A stretch of 64,000 bases of DNA from NCBI RefSeq assembly GCF_009914755.1, contig NC_060937.1; one strand, 5' to 3'. Shown here piece after piece: positions 42,366-61,600 of this stretch. A model generated the notes under the pieces. That model saw only the letters and a list, made by a program, of their open reading frames with translations, made no database searches and was not told the DNA's origin. Origin of the DNA: the human T2T-CHM13v2.0 reference genome, Homo sapiens. Made by a program: the position numbers and the translations under genes. Each line of letters starts with the position of its first letter. Position 1 is the stretch's first letter.

Positions 42366-42527
42366 GAGGTTGAGGATGCGAGCCTTGAATCACTACCTCT
42401 TGGCACTCTTCATGGTAGAGTTCTAGGTTTTTTTATTGATCATCATGTTATAAAATTAATTTCTTTAGGTTATACTTTCTTCTCTTTCTCTTGTTGGTAT
42501 ACTTTATCATTGTTTTTCTATTTTTAA

Positions 42528-42917
42528 CCCTTTTCCCATTTGTCCCAAGAATACTTGCTGGTGGCACTTGCTGGCTGCAGCATTTACCCAGAGATAATTT
42601 TGCCACAAAGTATCTCGCTTTTATTATTAAAATGTCAAATGCCAGAAAGTATAGCATTCCTAGGCGTGATGTTAACATCGTTCTCAGTTGCTGGCCAAAG
42701 TTTCAAGAGTCTGATTTTTCCAAAATAGATGATTCTGATGGTTCTGATGATTTTGATTTTAGTTCTATTTAGAAATAACTCTAAGGATAGTTTTTATGTT
42801 TTATTTTCACATTGAAAATCAGTCAGATTTGCCTCAGCCTCAAAGAGAATGTTTATGTAAAATTAAATCAGCACTGGCAGGTAGCTGCACTTTTTTTTTT
42901 TTCTAAATGGGAAAGAG
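42528..42917 (+). mobile_element. MER75 (piggyBac non-autonomous element) with TTAA TSDs
   Basis: TTAA at 42524-42527 and 42918-42921; terminal inverted repeats cccttttcccattt / aaatgggaaagag; interior matches recalled MER75 with an internal deletion. Confidence 0.92.
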
Positions 42918-43832
42918 TTAAAAATCTATTTCATTAGCCAGTATGGAAGAAAAGAATTTCTCTAGTTTTAGTTTGCCAAAAGTATTTAGAATATCTCTCA
43001 CAAATTATTGATACTATTTAAAACTGTCCTTAATTGTAGTACCATGCATGTGCTTGGCAAGTACTCACTGTCAGTACTCGAGTTCCTCCAGCTTTAAGTT
43101 TCTCTGATTTCAGTGTTAAAAGTCTGTGATATTATCCACTTTGGAAACCTTGTGAATCAAGAAAGTTATTGGTGACCCACTTTAATATTTAAGTGTCAAA
43201 CATCTGGCAACTACTTCACAGATTTGTCTGTCAAGACCATTTCCTAGCTGATCTGAGACAGCTGGCTGATTGAAAGTCTGTCCTATATATTATTAACTTC
43301 ACTCTTTTGGAACCACTTCCCATGACAAACCATGTCCTGTCATTTTCAACCTTCTTTTTGCCATTATGGTTGAAATCTTCTGAATATCTACATGAATATT
43401 TCTCTCTGTCAACCTGGAAATATTTTCCATGTGAGACAAGAATCTTGAAATAAAGTTGCTGTGGTGAATATCACAGATCAACTAAATGCAGTTTAATGTA
43501 TATGGTGTAACAGATTTTAAATGGTAATGGAATAGCATTACATTCAGCACATACAATATAAAAAAAGACAATTTGTTTCATGTTCAAGTATTTTAAGGTA
43601 CTTTTACATATGTAAGACATTTGTTTTCAGAGTATGATGCTATACTTCAGAAAGAGGTTACTACATTAAACAAATAATGGAAAACAAGGATATGAAAGGT
43701 CAATGATTCCTAAAAATGATATTGCAAGACACAGCCTTTGTGTTGTAGAATCTAAGTAGACCCCAACACTTCTTAATTGGTGTTCAGGCAGGGCTTTATA
43801 ATATTCTTTTACCTCTCTTATTGCAGTAATTA

Positions 43833-44219
43833 TGCTATGGTTTGAATGTTCATTTTGCCTCCAAAATACATATGGAAAGTTAATCACCAATGCAACAATA
43901 TCAGCAGATGAGGCCTTGGGAAGTGATTAGGGCATGAGAGCGCTAAGCTCAAGAAAAGGATTAGTGCCTAATAAAGGACCATAGGTGCCAAATTAATCTT
44001 TCTCTCCTCTCTTCCATTTGAGGACATGACATTTATCCCCTCCAGAAAATGCAACAAGGTGCATCTTGGAAGCAGAGTGCAGCACTCACCGGACAGGAAA
44101 TCTGCTGATGCCTTCATCTTGGACTTCCCAGTCTCCAGAACTATAAAGAATGCATTTCTTTTCTTATAAATTACCCAGTCTATGATATTCCATTATAGTA
44201 GCACAAACGGACTAGGACA
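43833..44219 (+). mobile_element. MSTD/MLT1A-like MaLR solo LTR
   Basis: 'tgctatggtttgaatgt' to 'catcttggacttcccagtctccagaact...ataaattacccagtc...ggactaggaca'. Confidence 0.88.
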
Positions 44220-45734
44220 ACACATAAATAACTCAAGCCAATTTCTCACTTACATTTGTTAAAATAGTAATGTACAAATCCCGGAAACAGTCAACAACAA
44301 AATCCCATTTCACAACTCCCTCATCCCTAATACACAATTTCTAACCTATTCTGAAATTGAGAAGTCTTATACTTTGCAAATGGCATGGCAACTTTATGTC
44401 CATTTAAAATTGTCTAAATATTTAGTACATTTCTAGAGTCTAGAGCACACAGCTCAGGGCCCTGGTAACATGCAGGCAATCAGACTATAAATTTATTTCT
44501 CTTCTTGAACATCCTGCCCTGTTCATCTTCAGTAATCAAATGGGCTTCAATTTGTTCTTTACTATGCTTTCACCTCTTCATGCTCACTTCCAAGTCAACT
44601 CTACTCCTTCTCTATTTTGCCCAATACACTTTCTAGTTACATAATCAGATGACTCTAGAAAAGCTGCCCAAGGCTGACCATTCTCTATGTGAATTTTCCA
44701 ACTACATTGAAAGACCAAACTCAGTATCCCCAACATTGTCCTAACTTAAAGGTATACTTGTAGTGGCACCATATAAACCAGGCAAACTATTTAAAAATGT
44801 ATCTGGAAGTATTTGGCATTTCCTGGTTATAATTTAAAGGATGTAATTTTGGCATAGGATTTCTGAATAATTGTTATTAAACAGAGTTATTTGTATTTTC
44901 CACTACCATTTTTAGAAACGGAATTTCACTTTGGATAGCGGGTTAGTGTGTGTGTGTGTATGTGCCCATGTGCAGGTGAGGAGGGAACAAACTACTTGAT
45001 TCTTCCATAAGTTATTAAGTGACCCTTTTTTGGGCCTGATTGTCAAATGAAATTTTCTGCACAATACTTGGAAAGCATTTGCAGGTTTCTGCGTGAAGTG
45101 AAGAAAAAAGAACATGAAAATATTGTGGATTCATGAGCTACAAGAAGAATCATGAAACTTTTGAAAAGTTATCAGCCTCATAGCTTGAGTGTGAATGAAT
45201 TAGTTTTCACAGAAATCAATGAATGGGCTGGATTTTACAGCCAAGACATAATGGAGACAAAAAAGAGCAGGCAGTGATTTACAGAAATTTTGAATCCTTC
45301 TTCTGGAGTGCTATACATTCATAAGATTATGATTTGGATTAAGTTTAATCTGATACCTAAATGTCCAAGCGCATAGTTTACATTTGATTTATACAGTAGT
45401 ACAGTAATGTTAACAAAACTGAATTTTTGTAACAAATTATATATACTTGAGATAGAGAAAAAACTGTTGACTCCTTTTATCATTAAGTTAAAAAAATAAT
45501 ATGGCAGCATATCACTTGTATGAACTTCTGAATGAAGACAATATCTTGATGTACAAATTCTGTTTTTCAACCAAAGGATCATACTTAAGCATATTTAAAT
45601 ATGATGCTCAGTAAAAAGATCTTACAACATTATAATTTGTAATGTTTGAAATGGACATGAAAGTAGAATGCAACATTTGTATCTACATGAGTAACTATCA
45701 TTTATCTATCTAAAATTTATTAAACATTTGCGAA

Positions 45735-45992
45735 TGAGAGCATGACATTGGAGTCACACTGCTTTGGGTTTGAAATCTGGATCCCATATGTGTCAGGTAA
45801 AAACCTTGAAAAAGTTACTTAACCTGTCTGTTTATCAGTTTCTTTATAAGACACAGATCATAATAATATGTACATCAGAGGATCATGGTGATTATAAAAT
45901 AAATTAACATAAATGAGTTAATAAGGCCTAGGATTTTAGAAGTGTAGTATAAACAAAGTACCTAGTATGCTACTTACAGTGATTATCATTAT
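45735..45992 (+). mobile_element. MIR SINE
   Basis: 'ggagtcacactgctttgggtttgaaatc...ccttgaaaaagttacttaacctgtctg'. Confidence 0.8.
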
Positions 45993-46094
45993 CTCTTATA
46001 ACTTTAAGTTAAATTGGCCTTCTTGGTAAATTTCAAACACAATTATATCTGGGTCCACATCAGGAAATTTGAACATACAGTTCATCTGTTTGGA

Positions 46095-46345
46095 GCTCAC
46101 TTCCCTCATTTGTTTTCATAGCTTCCTACCTCAGTGCATTCAGGTTTCTTTTTCAAAACATATAAACAGAGATGCCTTGTTAAACTACCCAATCTAAAAT
46201 TGTCTTTTTTTATTTATTATTTTTCTTCATCTATGTCACCATTTGCTATTGTTACTAAATTTATTTCTAGTTTACCGCCCACTAACATAGAAGTTCCATG
46301 AAAAGAGAGACGTGCCTAGTTGCCCCCATTATCTCAGTGTAAACA
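46095..46345 (+). mobile_element. L2 3' end fragment
   Basis: 'cccactaacatagaagttccatgaaaagagagac...tatctcagtg'. Confidence 0.6.
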
Positions 46346-46824
46346 TTTTTTTTCCCTGAAACTGAAACAATAATCTTCCTTTTGTGGAGATGCTGTTAAA
46401 GGGTACATAGGGTAATTCATACTAATAGGTTCTCTCATTCTTGCAAACTGTTGTGGAATAATCAATTTAAGGGCAACAACTGAGCTCTTCATAAATTGAG
46501 GAAAATTGCCATGCATGAAGGTGTTTTTCCTAACCCCCACCTCTGATTCTACATATTCTTTAAACATATCTCTCAAAAATTTGGAGTTAACATTGTAAAT
46601 AATATTTATGTATTTCTTTGGGTTTTGAAATTTACTTATGGATCATGTAGACCACTTAAAAATATTTTTAAAAATCTTTAAAGCTAAAGTTGAACATTTG
46701 TGACAACTAGGAATATTTGGATACTTTGTGTTTCTCTCCCTCTTTTTATGTCTCTCTATCTCTCTCTGATAAAAGTATGTTTGTGGATAATTTATTTTAA
46801 AACTAGACTTTTGGTTATGCCAGA

Positions 46825-47115
46825 TTAATAGTTCCAGAGATCTCTTATAAAGCACATTTCTTGTAGTTAACAATATGGTGTTGTGCACTTCAAAATTTGT
46901 TAAATAATAGATTTCATGTTAAGTATTCTAAAAACACACACACATACACACTCGGACACAAGGCAACTTTGGCTGATATTGAACACATCCATTACCTTGA
47001 TTGTGGTGATGATGGTATTACGGGTGTTTGCATATGTCCAAACTCATTAAATTGTACACATTGAACATGTGAAGTTCTTTGCATATCAACTATATCTCAA
47101 TAAAGCTGTTAAAAT
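46825..47115 (+). mobile_element. L1MC-like 3' end
   Basis: 'ccttgattgtggtgatg...catatgtccaaactcattaaattgtacac...tatatctcaataaagctgtt'. Confidence 0.75.
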
Positions 47116-47155
47116 TAAAGCAAATTCAGTATTATTATTTAAACTTATAACTTTC

Positions 47156-52570
<5,415 letters not shown>

Positions 52571-54099
52571 ATATATAATTTTCTTTGAAATGAATTATAA
52601 TGAGATTTCACATTGTAATTGCCCAGGGTCATTGGGATTTTTATTATATTTCAGTTGATATTTTTGTAGTATATCTTAGCATACAAATAATTTTACAAAC
52701 TATTTGTCTAATAAAAAAATAGCTAAGGCAATTTCATAATATATGAAAATATAAATGTAATATGCAATCTTCATTTATTGTGTTAGCAAAACAGTACTTT
52801 TTCTTTGACCAAATCTCTTTAACCTTATGATGTTATTCTCATTATAGAGTACAACATTAAATATTCGTGTAGACCAAATTTTAAAAGTTGATATATGCTA
52901 TGAAGACACTTCATGTACTTTTTAGTGTTGTATGTACATTTTCAGACTCAAAACTATTTAAACAACCATTTTCAGTAGTAATCAAATGTTATTTCTCTAC
53001 TTTTCAAGTAACAAGTAGAAGGGATCTAAGGAACTAAAATATTTTAATTGACCTCTACTTGGTATTTCTCATTTAGGACTTTGATATTAATAACTTTGTT
53101 TACCCAAATTCTAATTTGTCTACACTATTTCCATCGTCTAAATCATATCCAGAGTTATCTTTCTGTGACATACTATAATGTCATAATTGCCCAATTTGAA
53201 ATTATTTACATAAACTCCATGCATTCATGCATCACTTGTGTAAGCATGTGCTGTGTGAAATGAATTCCAAAGCATATTAATAGGAGCTAATGAAAATCAG
53301 TTCTGTGGTTGAAGTCATGTGTGATAGTAAGCTTCCCCATTCTTCTCTGTCTTGCTCTGATATACCTCCCCACCACCACCACCATTAATACATACACATT
53401 GTTGGACACGTAATCTGGATTAACCATTTATATCTCTCCCTGAGATTTCATGACTTGGAACTTGGAACATGTACCTGCTAGAAAAAAGTGATAAAGTGAT
53501 ATTGGGATAGGCAAAAGCCAAAGGCCAATGTAAAGAGATCTATCCATATATTCCACATATCCATAGGAAAACAGGGAGAGAGAGATTAAGAAGGATTTTC
53601 ATAGTGCTAATCTCAGTTAGTTCTAGGGACAGACATTCTGATTTCTGCAACTCTTTAATTTTGTAGCTGTTTTTTTCTTCTTTCAACATGTATGAAGTAA
53701 AGTAATTCACTTTTGTTTGGCCTGTTTGGCCCATTATTTTTTTAACTTACAGCCTCCGCACAATTCATACCAATTCTATAATCAAACACGTTTGCAAAAG
53801 AAAATTCAAGGACTTTATAATTATCAGTAACCACAAAAAAGTAAGAACGTGCAGTGGTTCACAACTGTATATGATTACAAAACATTCTCTATGTCTATTA
53901 CCAGCAAAAACCGTTTTGAAAACAAATTTAACCATAGAAATATTTTAGAATTGCAAAAAAATCTTTTTTATATCTGACCTCATGCTAATTTTTGTGTTCT
54001 ATTTTGATTGCATGAACTTCTCTTCTGGTATAAACATTTTAGGAAATCATTATTAACAAATATGCCTAATACCTTCACACACCCGTTCCATTACACATG

Positions 54100-54415
54100 C
54101 TTTCCCTCTATTTAATAAATGATCTATTCAAATATACATATTTGAATAGTCTCTGATAGGCAAATTTCCACTCACATTTTAATACACAGTTCAGCTTTTA
54201 CTAACAATATGCAGCTTAAAAATGCCTACTATTTTCACTTTACATTTCTACAATCTATGTCAAACATTGAATTATAATTATGTCTTGGTTTATCTTTTTC
54301 TTGCACCTAGGACATGAGCTTTTCAATTTCAGGAGCAGCATTTTATTTATTCTGTGTTCTTGCTACTATATATAATAATTATATGATAGTAATAACATGT
54401 TAACTTGAATTAAAA
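54100..54415 (+). mobile_element. L2 3' end fragment
   Basis: 'ctaggacatgagctttt...ttttatttattctgtgttc...taataacatgttaacttgaatt'. Confidence 0.5.
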
Positions 54416-54699
54416 TTAATATTTTCAAATAATAACAGATGGGTAGAGGTGTATAATAGTCTATATTTTATCTCAGTCCATCTCTTAAGCAATTCATAAA
54501 TGTTTTTCTTTCTCTATTTCTTTGGGAATGTAACTTTACACAGACTGGAAAGGCAGAAATTGAAATAAGAGTTTGAACAAAAGAATGTGAATGGTGATTA
54601 GCAATTCTTTGTTCCACTGAGCTAAAATCTTAGGCCACATTTGCACTTCATTGGCACTTTCAGATCAGTAGCCCCCCATTCTTCGTGATTTTCCCATTT

Positions 54700-54962
54700 G
54701 ACTCTTAAACCATCCATTTTTATCACCCTTTATTGCCCTTCATTTTAGTCCTATGAAGAACCAAGTCACTCCAGATAGTCTAAATGATTTTAACTATTGA
54801 ATTACTGTCATTCTCTTTAATATCAGTACTACTTTTATGGTAATTCTGGGTGATTTCAATGTCCACATAGATGATTCTTTCCATAACCTAGCCTCTCTGC
54901 TTTAATTTCTACTTTTCCAATCACCTTTTTCTCTACCACTTCCTCAGCTATTACCTTTGTGG
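54700..54962 (+). mobile_element. L2 fragment covering the APE endonuclease region
   Basis: 54840 onward reads VILGDFNVHIDD, the GDFN motif of LINE APE endonucleases. Confidence 0.75.
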
Positions 54963-55077
54963 ATGTAAATATATTTTTCTATAATTCCAACAATCCAGTC
55001 TCACACAAACCTGTGTTCATTGTGCTACCCTAATATCATAACTATTTTTGTATCAAAATAAATTTCCATGTTTATTA

Positions 55078-55353
55078 CAGTTGGTTTCCAAATTATGATA
55101 GCTCCATTTATGATTATTTTTACTTTATGATAGTTCAAAAATGATACCAATTCAGTAGAAACTGCACTCAAATTTTGATTTTTTTTCTAGGGTCAAAGAT
55201 ATGTGGTACAATACTCACTTCTGATGCTGGGCAGTGGCACTCAGCCACAGTTCATTATAATTTATAAATTTCATTTATAATACCAGTTGTCTTGAGACAT
55301 GTAGGCACATTAGCTTGAACAGACAATAAATCATAAGTTGAAATTGAGCACTC
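55078..55353. mobile_element. MER47B/Tigger5-like (TcMar-Tigger)
   Basis: TA followed by 'cagttggtttccaaattatgatag', then 'attcagtagaaactgcact' and 'gatatgtggtacaatactc...gatgctgggcagtggca'. Confidence 0.7.
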
Positions 55354-56457
55354 TTTAATCTTGAAATCTGAAATTTAAAAATCTTCCGGGTTACCTGTGT
55401 GTATGAGTGTGTGTGTGTGTGTACTTAATACACTGGTTTTGCTTGAACATTTTTCCAATCTCTAGGGCTCCTGAATCAGCCCTTTTTGGGATCAGGAAAG
55501 TTCTTTGTACCAATACAGTGGATTGTTGTTTCTAAGATATTTGCATTGTTTTTCAGAATCTATATTTTGTAACCTGGATTTTTATAATATGCCTTCTATG
55601 ACTTTACCTTTTGTTATTTTCTGTCTCTTCATTTAATTTATTCTCATGTTGGTGATCTTTCAAGTTTATTTTCTTTACTAACACTTATTCTGAAATACTG
55701 TGCTCATGAGTATTTTCCAATCACGTTAGCTTTGTCTTTTTTTTCACTGATCTTCATAGTAAACACTAGAAGAAGAAAGTTTAGGGAGTTCTTGTCTAAT
55801 AGTCTTTTTTTTTCTTCTGTGAAGTAGGAAACAAGATACCTGCTGAGAGTGAAGGTAGGCAAGAATGAATAGAAGATGTAAGATTAAAGAAGTGGCTGAG
55901 CAAAACACAATAACTCACTAAAACTGAGAACCATATGTTTGTGGATTTTGCCCTCAGGGAACATAAAATGCATAAAATACAGTTGGGGAAAATGAGAAGT
56001 ACTCAAACCATTACAACCCATACAAGTTACAGTGGTTCATGATTGTGAATAAAGAATACAGACACATTTAAAACAGGGAGAGGGGAGAAAATAATAAGAG
56101 TTGGGGACTAGAAAGTTTTTAAAGAATGTTTTCTGTAAAAAAAGAAGGAAAGAAATGTTGCCAGGAAGGGGAGGAGCAGCTGGTAGGGAACCATGAGTCA
56201 AGCAAAGATCATCTTCTAAGACTGAGAAATTATACCAAGTTTGTAGGCTGGTGTGACCTATTTATTAAGGAGAAACTGATTGTTCAAGAGGGTAGCAGTA
56301 GATAATTCCTAGGAGATTTCTTGAGCAAGTAAGATAGTATTTAGTATGTAAGCAGGCTTGACCTTGAGAACACGTAGAACTTATCTCTATATTGCAAATA
56401 ATGGTAACTATATAAACTCATAAAGGTAGGTAATACATGTAGTGGTGGATCTCATTC

Positions 56458-56765
<308 letters not shown>

Positions 56766-56989
56766 TCATAAAATATGGTGTAATTTTTAAAGGCATTAGA
56801 GGTACTTTGGAGATTTATGGTTATGGATTTAAAGTTAGTTTAGACCATATTTCTCCACTCATATTTAGTCAATCATTAGGGGTACAGGAAAAGAGTAGGT
56901 AGATGATTAGATTTAGATAGGAAAGTATGCAATGGCATAATAATAATGATCCACTGGTAAATTAAGTTGTGTTTGGAGTGTCATGAGGA

Positions 56990-57569
56990 CTTTGATAGGT
57001 AACTAGTGAATATTCTCAACAATCCTTACCTAGTGGTATTCATACACTTGTATAATCTCCTGTCCTAGACTGTGAAATGAACCTAGTATATTATTCTAAT
57101 CAGTAGAATATAAGCAAAGTGATGAGATGACCCTTCTGTAATTAGGTAGTAAAAGTTGTGACTTCAATTTGCTGGCATTCTCTCTATATTGTGTTCTTGG
57201 ATAGCACTTTTTGTTGAAGCAAACTGCCATGTTGGAGTGTTCTGTGTCACAAAGAACTGAGGGAATCCTCTAGTCAACATATAGTGAGAAATTGAAGCCC
57301 TCATTTCCAGCAGTATTTGCAGAACTTAAATGTGCAAATATTTTTTTGAGTGAGTTTGAAGGTGAATCCTTTTTCAGTCAAGCCTTTGGATTATATCACA
57401 GCCCCGACTGCCGTCTTGATTGCAGCCTTGTAAGAGACCTTAAGCAGAGGACCCACGTAGATTATGCCTTGTTTTGTTCTCTAATTAAAAGTGTAGATAA
57501 TAAATGTGGGATGTTTTAAGCCCCTGATTTTGGGAGTAATTTGTTATGTGGCAATAGATAGTTGATCCA
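56990..57569 (+). mobile_element. MLT1E-like MaLR solo LTR
   Basis: 'gaagcaaactgccatgttgg', 'cttgattgcagccttgtaagagaccttaagcagaggaccc'; 3' end 'gtaatttgttatgtggcaatagata'. Confidence 0.85.
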
Positions 57570-58894
57570 AAGGCAAATGAGCAGAATGTGGCACAATTAA
57601 GAGTAGGATCACTGGATTGACAGTCCCAAAATGATTGAAAGATGTTTTTGAATTGAAGTAACAAATGAACGCCACTGGAAAAATCAAGAAAGAGTAGAAC
57701 TAGGGTACCACTTGAAACTGGCTTTATGGAGGAACTGCAGTTATTGAAAATGACAATGCCTAGGTGTGAACCTGGCAGGTAAAATTAAAGGTAAAGTTTC
57801 ACTCTCTTTTCAAATTATTACCTTTGTCTTAGACTTGTCATTCAGGGAACTGCATGATTGCAGAGCTGATAAGTTATTTTCCAAAAACTAAACAATTTCT
57901 ATGGTGTAGATGTTTGTAGTGCTTTTAGTAGGACAAAAATTTGTTTCTTGTAGGTTTCCAGCAAATACTCCTGAATGGATGTAAGCTTTTTTGAAGAATT
58001 ATCATACTACCATTCTTGTCAACTATCTTTAAGCCTCAACAGAAGGTATTTATGTAATTATAATTTTTGTAAACTATTTTATACTAAACAGTTGATTAAC
58101 TTGATATTTACTTGTAAATTGATTATTTTGATATTTGTTTGAATCAATGAAATCCCAGTCTTTTTTTGATTTTAAGAATAATTTAATACAAAGTATCTTG
58201 CCCAGTGTCTGGAAGTGTACATTGATGATATGAGTGGGGCTAACTCTGATTTTGGCACTTACAAAGAAAATTTATGACTAGATATAGTATAATAAATATA
58301 ATATAGATAAGAACTTCATAAAAAATAAGAAAATTAAGGGAGTCAATAACAAAACATAGTATAGAATTAGAAATAATGATACATGTCATTAACTAATTTA
58401 ATAAAAAATTCTGTTAGATTTTCTATGAGATTTGATCAGATCAAATACCTTTGTTCTTCTATTGGCAATTTTCCATATTACTCTGCTGCTGGATTAAAAA
58501 AAGGACTAAAAATATTGTTGTAGCATTGTGCCCCTCAAAATCATGTTATTTTTAACTGAGAATAAACATATATTTATAATAAAATACTGAATAATAAATA
58601 TTGAACAATGAATAATATCGTTACTATGATCCTTTACTGCAGTTCTTTTCTTACTCAAGTGAACTTCCCCCAATTCTTTCCAGTCTCTTTCTTTCCTTCT
58701 ATCTTCCTTTCCTTCTATCTTCCTTTTTTATTATTTTAGTCATGAGATATACACAGATGTAAATAATTTTCTGTGATTTGCTAAGAATACTTTTCCTGCC
58801 TAGTGTAATAGATATTGATTTTTTAAGCCCAAAAGTTATTTTCAATTCCTCCAGCACAATGCCATTATCTTGATTTTGTCAAATCACCACTTAC

Positions 58895-59023
58895 TAGGGT
58901 GGCCATGTAATTTATTTTTTAAATTGAATGACTTTGGAGAATGAAAGAGTTACTATGATTACACGGAGACATCAGGTGAATACTATAATTGTCCTGGGAA
59001 ATTGGGCATAATTCTTCACTTTA
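58895..59023. mobile_element. MER81 (hAT-Blackjack)
   Basis: Termini 'tagggtggccatgtaattta' and 'gtcctgggaaattgggcat...cacttta'. Confidence 0.7.
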
Positions 59024-60029
59024 TACTTATCTCACAGTCAACTATATGCTTCAGATTCCATGGACCATATGTTTTAAACTAACCAGTTAGTGTATTACAT
59101 GCTGTTGTTCACATGGATAAGCACATGAAGCAATCCAGGCCAATAAGGGCCAATTTTGGAGATTTGTTTGAATTTTTAGGTAAAGATTCTTTGTTTTCAA
59201 TCAGTGAAGGGGACAGGTGGTTTGAATCTGAAGCTACAGGATCACGCTGTATTTCCAGAACATACCCTACGTGGGCACAGTGCCCACACTAGTGAGGGAG
59301 AGTTAATAAATGTATCACCTAGTCATTGTTAGCATATTCTTTCATGTTGTTCTTTGAATAAGCATTAATTTACCATTTATATTTAAATGTAATTAGATTG
59401 AGAATTCTGCAAATTTCAACTGCTGGATTTCTCCTGACTCATATACTATGGAAATTATTCACTATTTTGAGTAAATGTAATGGCTGTCAAAAGTAATTAT
59501 TCTCTAATATATTACAAAATCTGTGATTTTCTTATATATATGCTAAATTACCTCTTTTATAGTATGACATACATAGAGTATCTTTGTCCTGCAGCAAGTG
59601 AAGAGTATATAAATTATTATGCATCTTAACATATACTTTTGAATGAATAGATATGCCTACTGAAATTATTTTGAAAAGAATATAAAGTCAAACTACAGAA
59701 ACTGGTGGCATATAGTATTTAGATTTATTTTTTACTTTACACAAAATATCTTTATTACTTTCGTTACCTTACCAAGTTGTATAATTATGTGGAATGCATT
59801 AATTATGTGAACACCTTTTTATCAAACTTATACAGTTGTTGACCTACATTTGACAGGTAAAGGTAAAGAGTTCAATTTGCAGGTGTCATAGACTCAGATT
59901 TATGTATGCACTTAATGCTACCATTAAACAATTTATTCATCGTATTTCTGTATTTAATGGGTTAAAATTAGTGGTGTAGCATGTCTATTATTATATCATA
60001 AGGTTCTTAGCATTATTTAAAAACAACGA

Positions 60030-60160
60030 AAGCTGAGGTGGCAGGATTGCTTGACCCGGTGTGGGGGTCGGGGAGTAGGGAGGATGGAGGTTGTAGTGAT
60101 CTGAGATCATGCCACTGCACTCCAGCCTGGGTGACAGAGTGAGGCCCTATCTAAAAATAA
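60030..60160 (+). mobile_element. Alu right-arm fragment (FRAM/AluJ-like) with G-rich insertion
   Basis: 'gctgaggtggcaggattgcttgaccc' plus extra G-rich bases, then 'gaggttgtagtga...actccagcctgggtgacagagtgag'. Confidence 0.8.
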
Positions 60161-60929
60161 AGATAATAAATTTATAAATGTATTATTTATTAAATAATAA
60201 AAATAAGGAAACATACTTTTCTGTAAATATTATACAATTTGAAACAATACTCTGTTGTCTATTAAACAAGGCACTCTTACAATTTCTAAGTTGTTCCAAC
60301 ATACATATTTTGTTTTTTTCTTGATACGTATTCTACCAGTACTATAACTTACTAATCACAATTAAAAAATACTTTTTTCTAATTTATGTTAAAGATTTTA
60401 GAAATATCATGCTATGCTAATAGAACACTGTACATTAATGAGTAGTCATTTGGAGTACTTTATTTTTTAGGATGGAAATTTGTGAAACATCTTCTGCACT
60501 ATCTCACACGTTTTGTGAATCAGAGTACATGTCTAAAAGGGGATTATTTGGGAGTCATGGTATACTGTGTGGCTTTATAATAAGAAGGCAGACTTATTAG
60601 CCATGTGAAATTTAAACCCAGATTTGGCCACAAAATTCTAGTGAATAATTTTGTAAACTATAATTCATCCTCATGATAAAAATGACTGCACAGGTTGAAA
60701 CCGTGCAAATCAATAGTAATGATCAATGAAAAAAATTGCAATTACTTCATGGCCTTTAAAAACTTTGTTCACAATATTAAAGATATTTATTTCTATTGGT
60801 AATAAATATATAAGATAAAATAGTAAAAGTAATATATATTTGATACATTGTAAATTAAGATATTATAAACTTTGAGAGTGTTTTATTAATAAAAATATCA
60901 AATGTGGTTTAAACAGTCAGTGAATCTTC

Positions 60930-61600
60930 TTCAATATAAACTGTATGCTAGTCCACAACACAATCAGCCACAATAAATTTCAAAAATTGAAGTGTTAATA
61001 AATATGCTGTCTGATTACAATATAATTAAATCAAAGATTGTTAATAAAAAACATATCTAGGTAACTCCAAGTTAATTGAAAATTTGCCAATATACTTCTA
61101 AAAAACCTATTGGCCAATGGAAATAAGATAATATTTCCATTATTATCTACACACTAATGAAAATGTAACATATCAAATTTGATGGGAAGAAGCTAAAACA
61201 GTGCTATAAAAATTCATAATTATAAGTATATTAAAAATGTAATGTCTAATATAAACTTTCTAAGATATCTTTAGACTCTGTAAAAAAGAAAAGTAAACAC
61301 ATATCAATAGACAAATGGCAAAAAAGAACATATCCTGTGTCATCCTATTTATATGAAGTTCTGGAACTTGCAAACCAATCTATGGAAAGTAGAAAAGTGG
61401 TTGCCTCTGTGTAAGGGGAAGAGAGACTTGAAAGGGGCATGAGAGAAGATTTAAGAGTGTGCTCTAAAACCTGATTGAGGTATTGATTCTATGGGTAAGT
61501 AGATTGGTCAAAACCCAATGACCCACATAATTTAGATTCATGCATTTTCTATATGTAGCTGTACCTTAGTTTAAAAAAGAGACCAATTAAAAAGAAAAGC
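60930..61600 (+). mobile_element. L1ME-like fragments (ORF2 endonuclease-adjacent piece and 3' end)
   Basis: 'caataaatttcaaaaattgaa...tctgattacaatataattaaa' and 3'UTR 'tttatatgaagttctgg...gtggttgcctctg...aaggggcatgagaga'. Confidence 0.7.

Noticed and set aside
53300-53755. Possible old MLT1/LTR33-like LTR (similar weak candidates at 59050-59445 and a Tigger-like piece at 60660-60870)
   Set aside because: Only weak resemblance to recalled consensus sequences; not supportable without a Dfam search
60059-60089. G-rich insert in an Alu fragment as a G-quadruplex
   Set aside because: Only three runs of three or more G; does not meet the canonical four-run pattern
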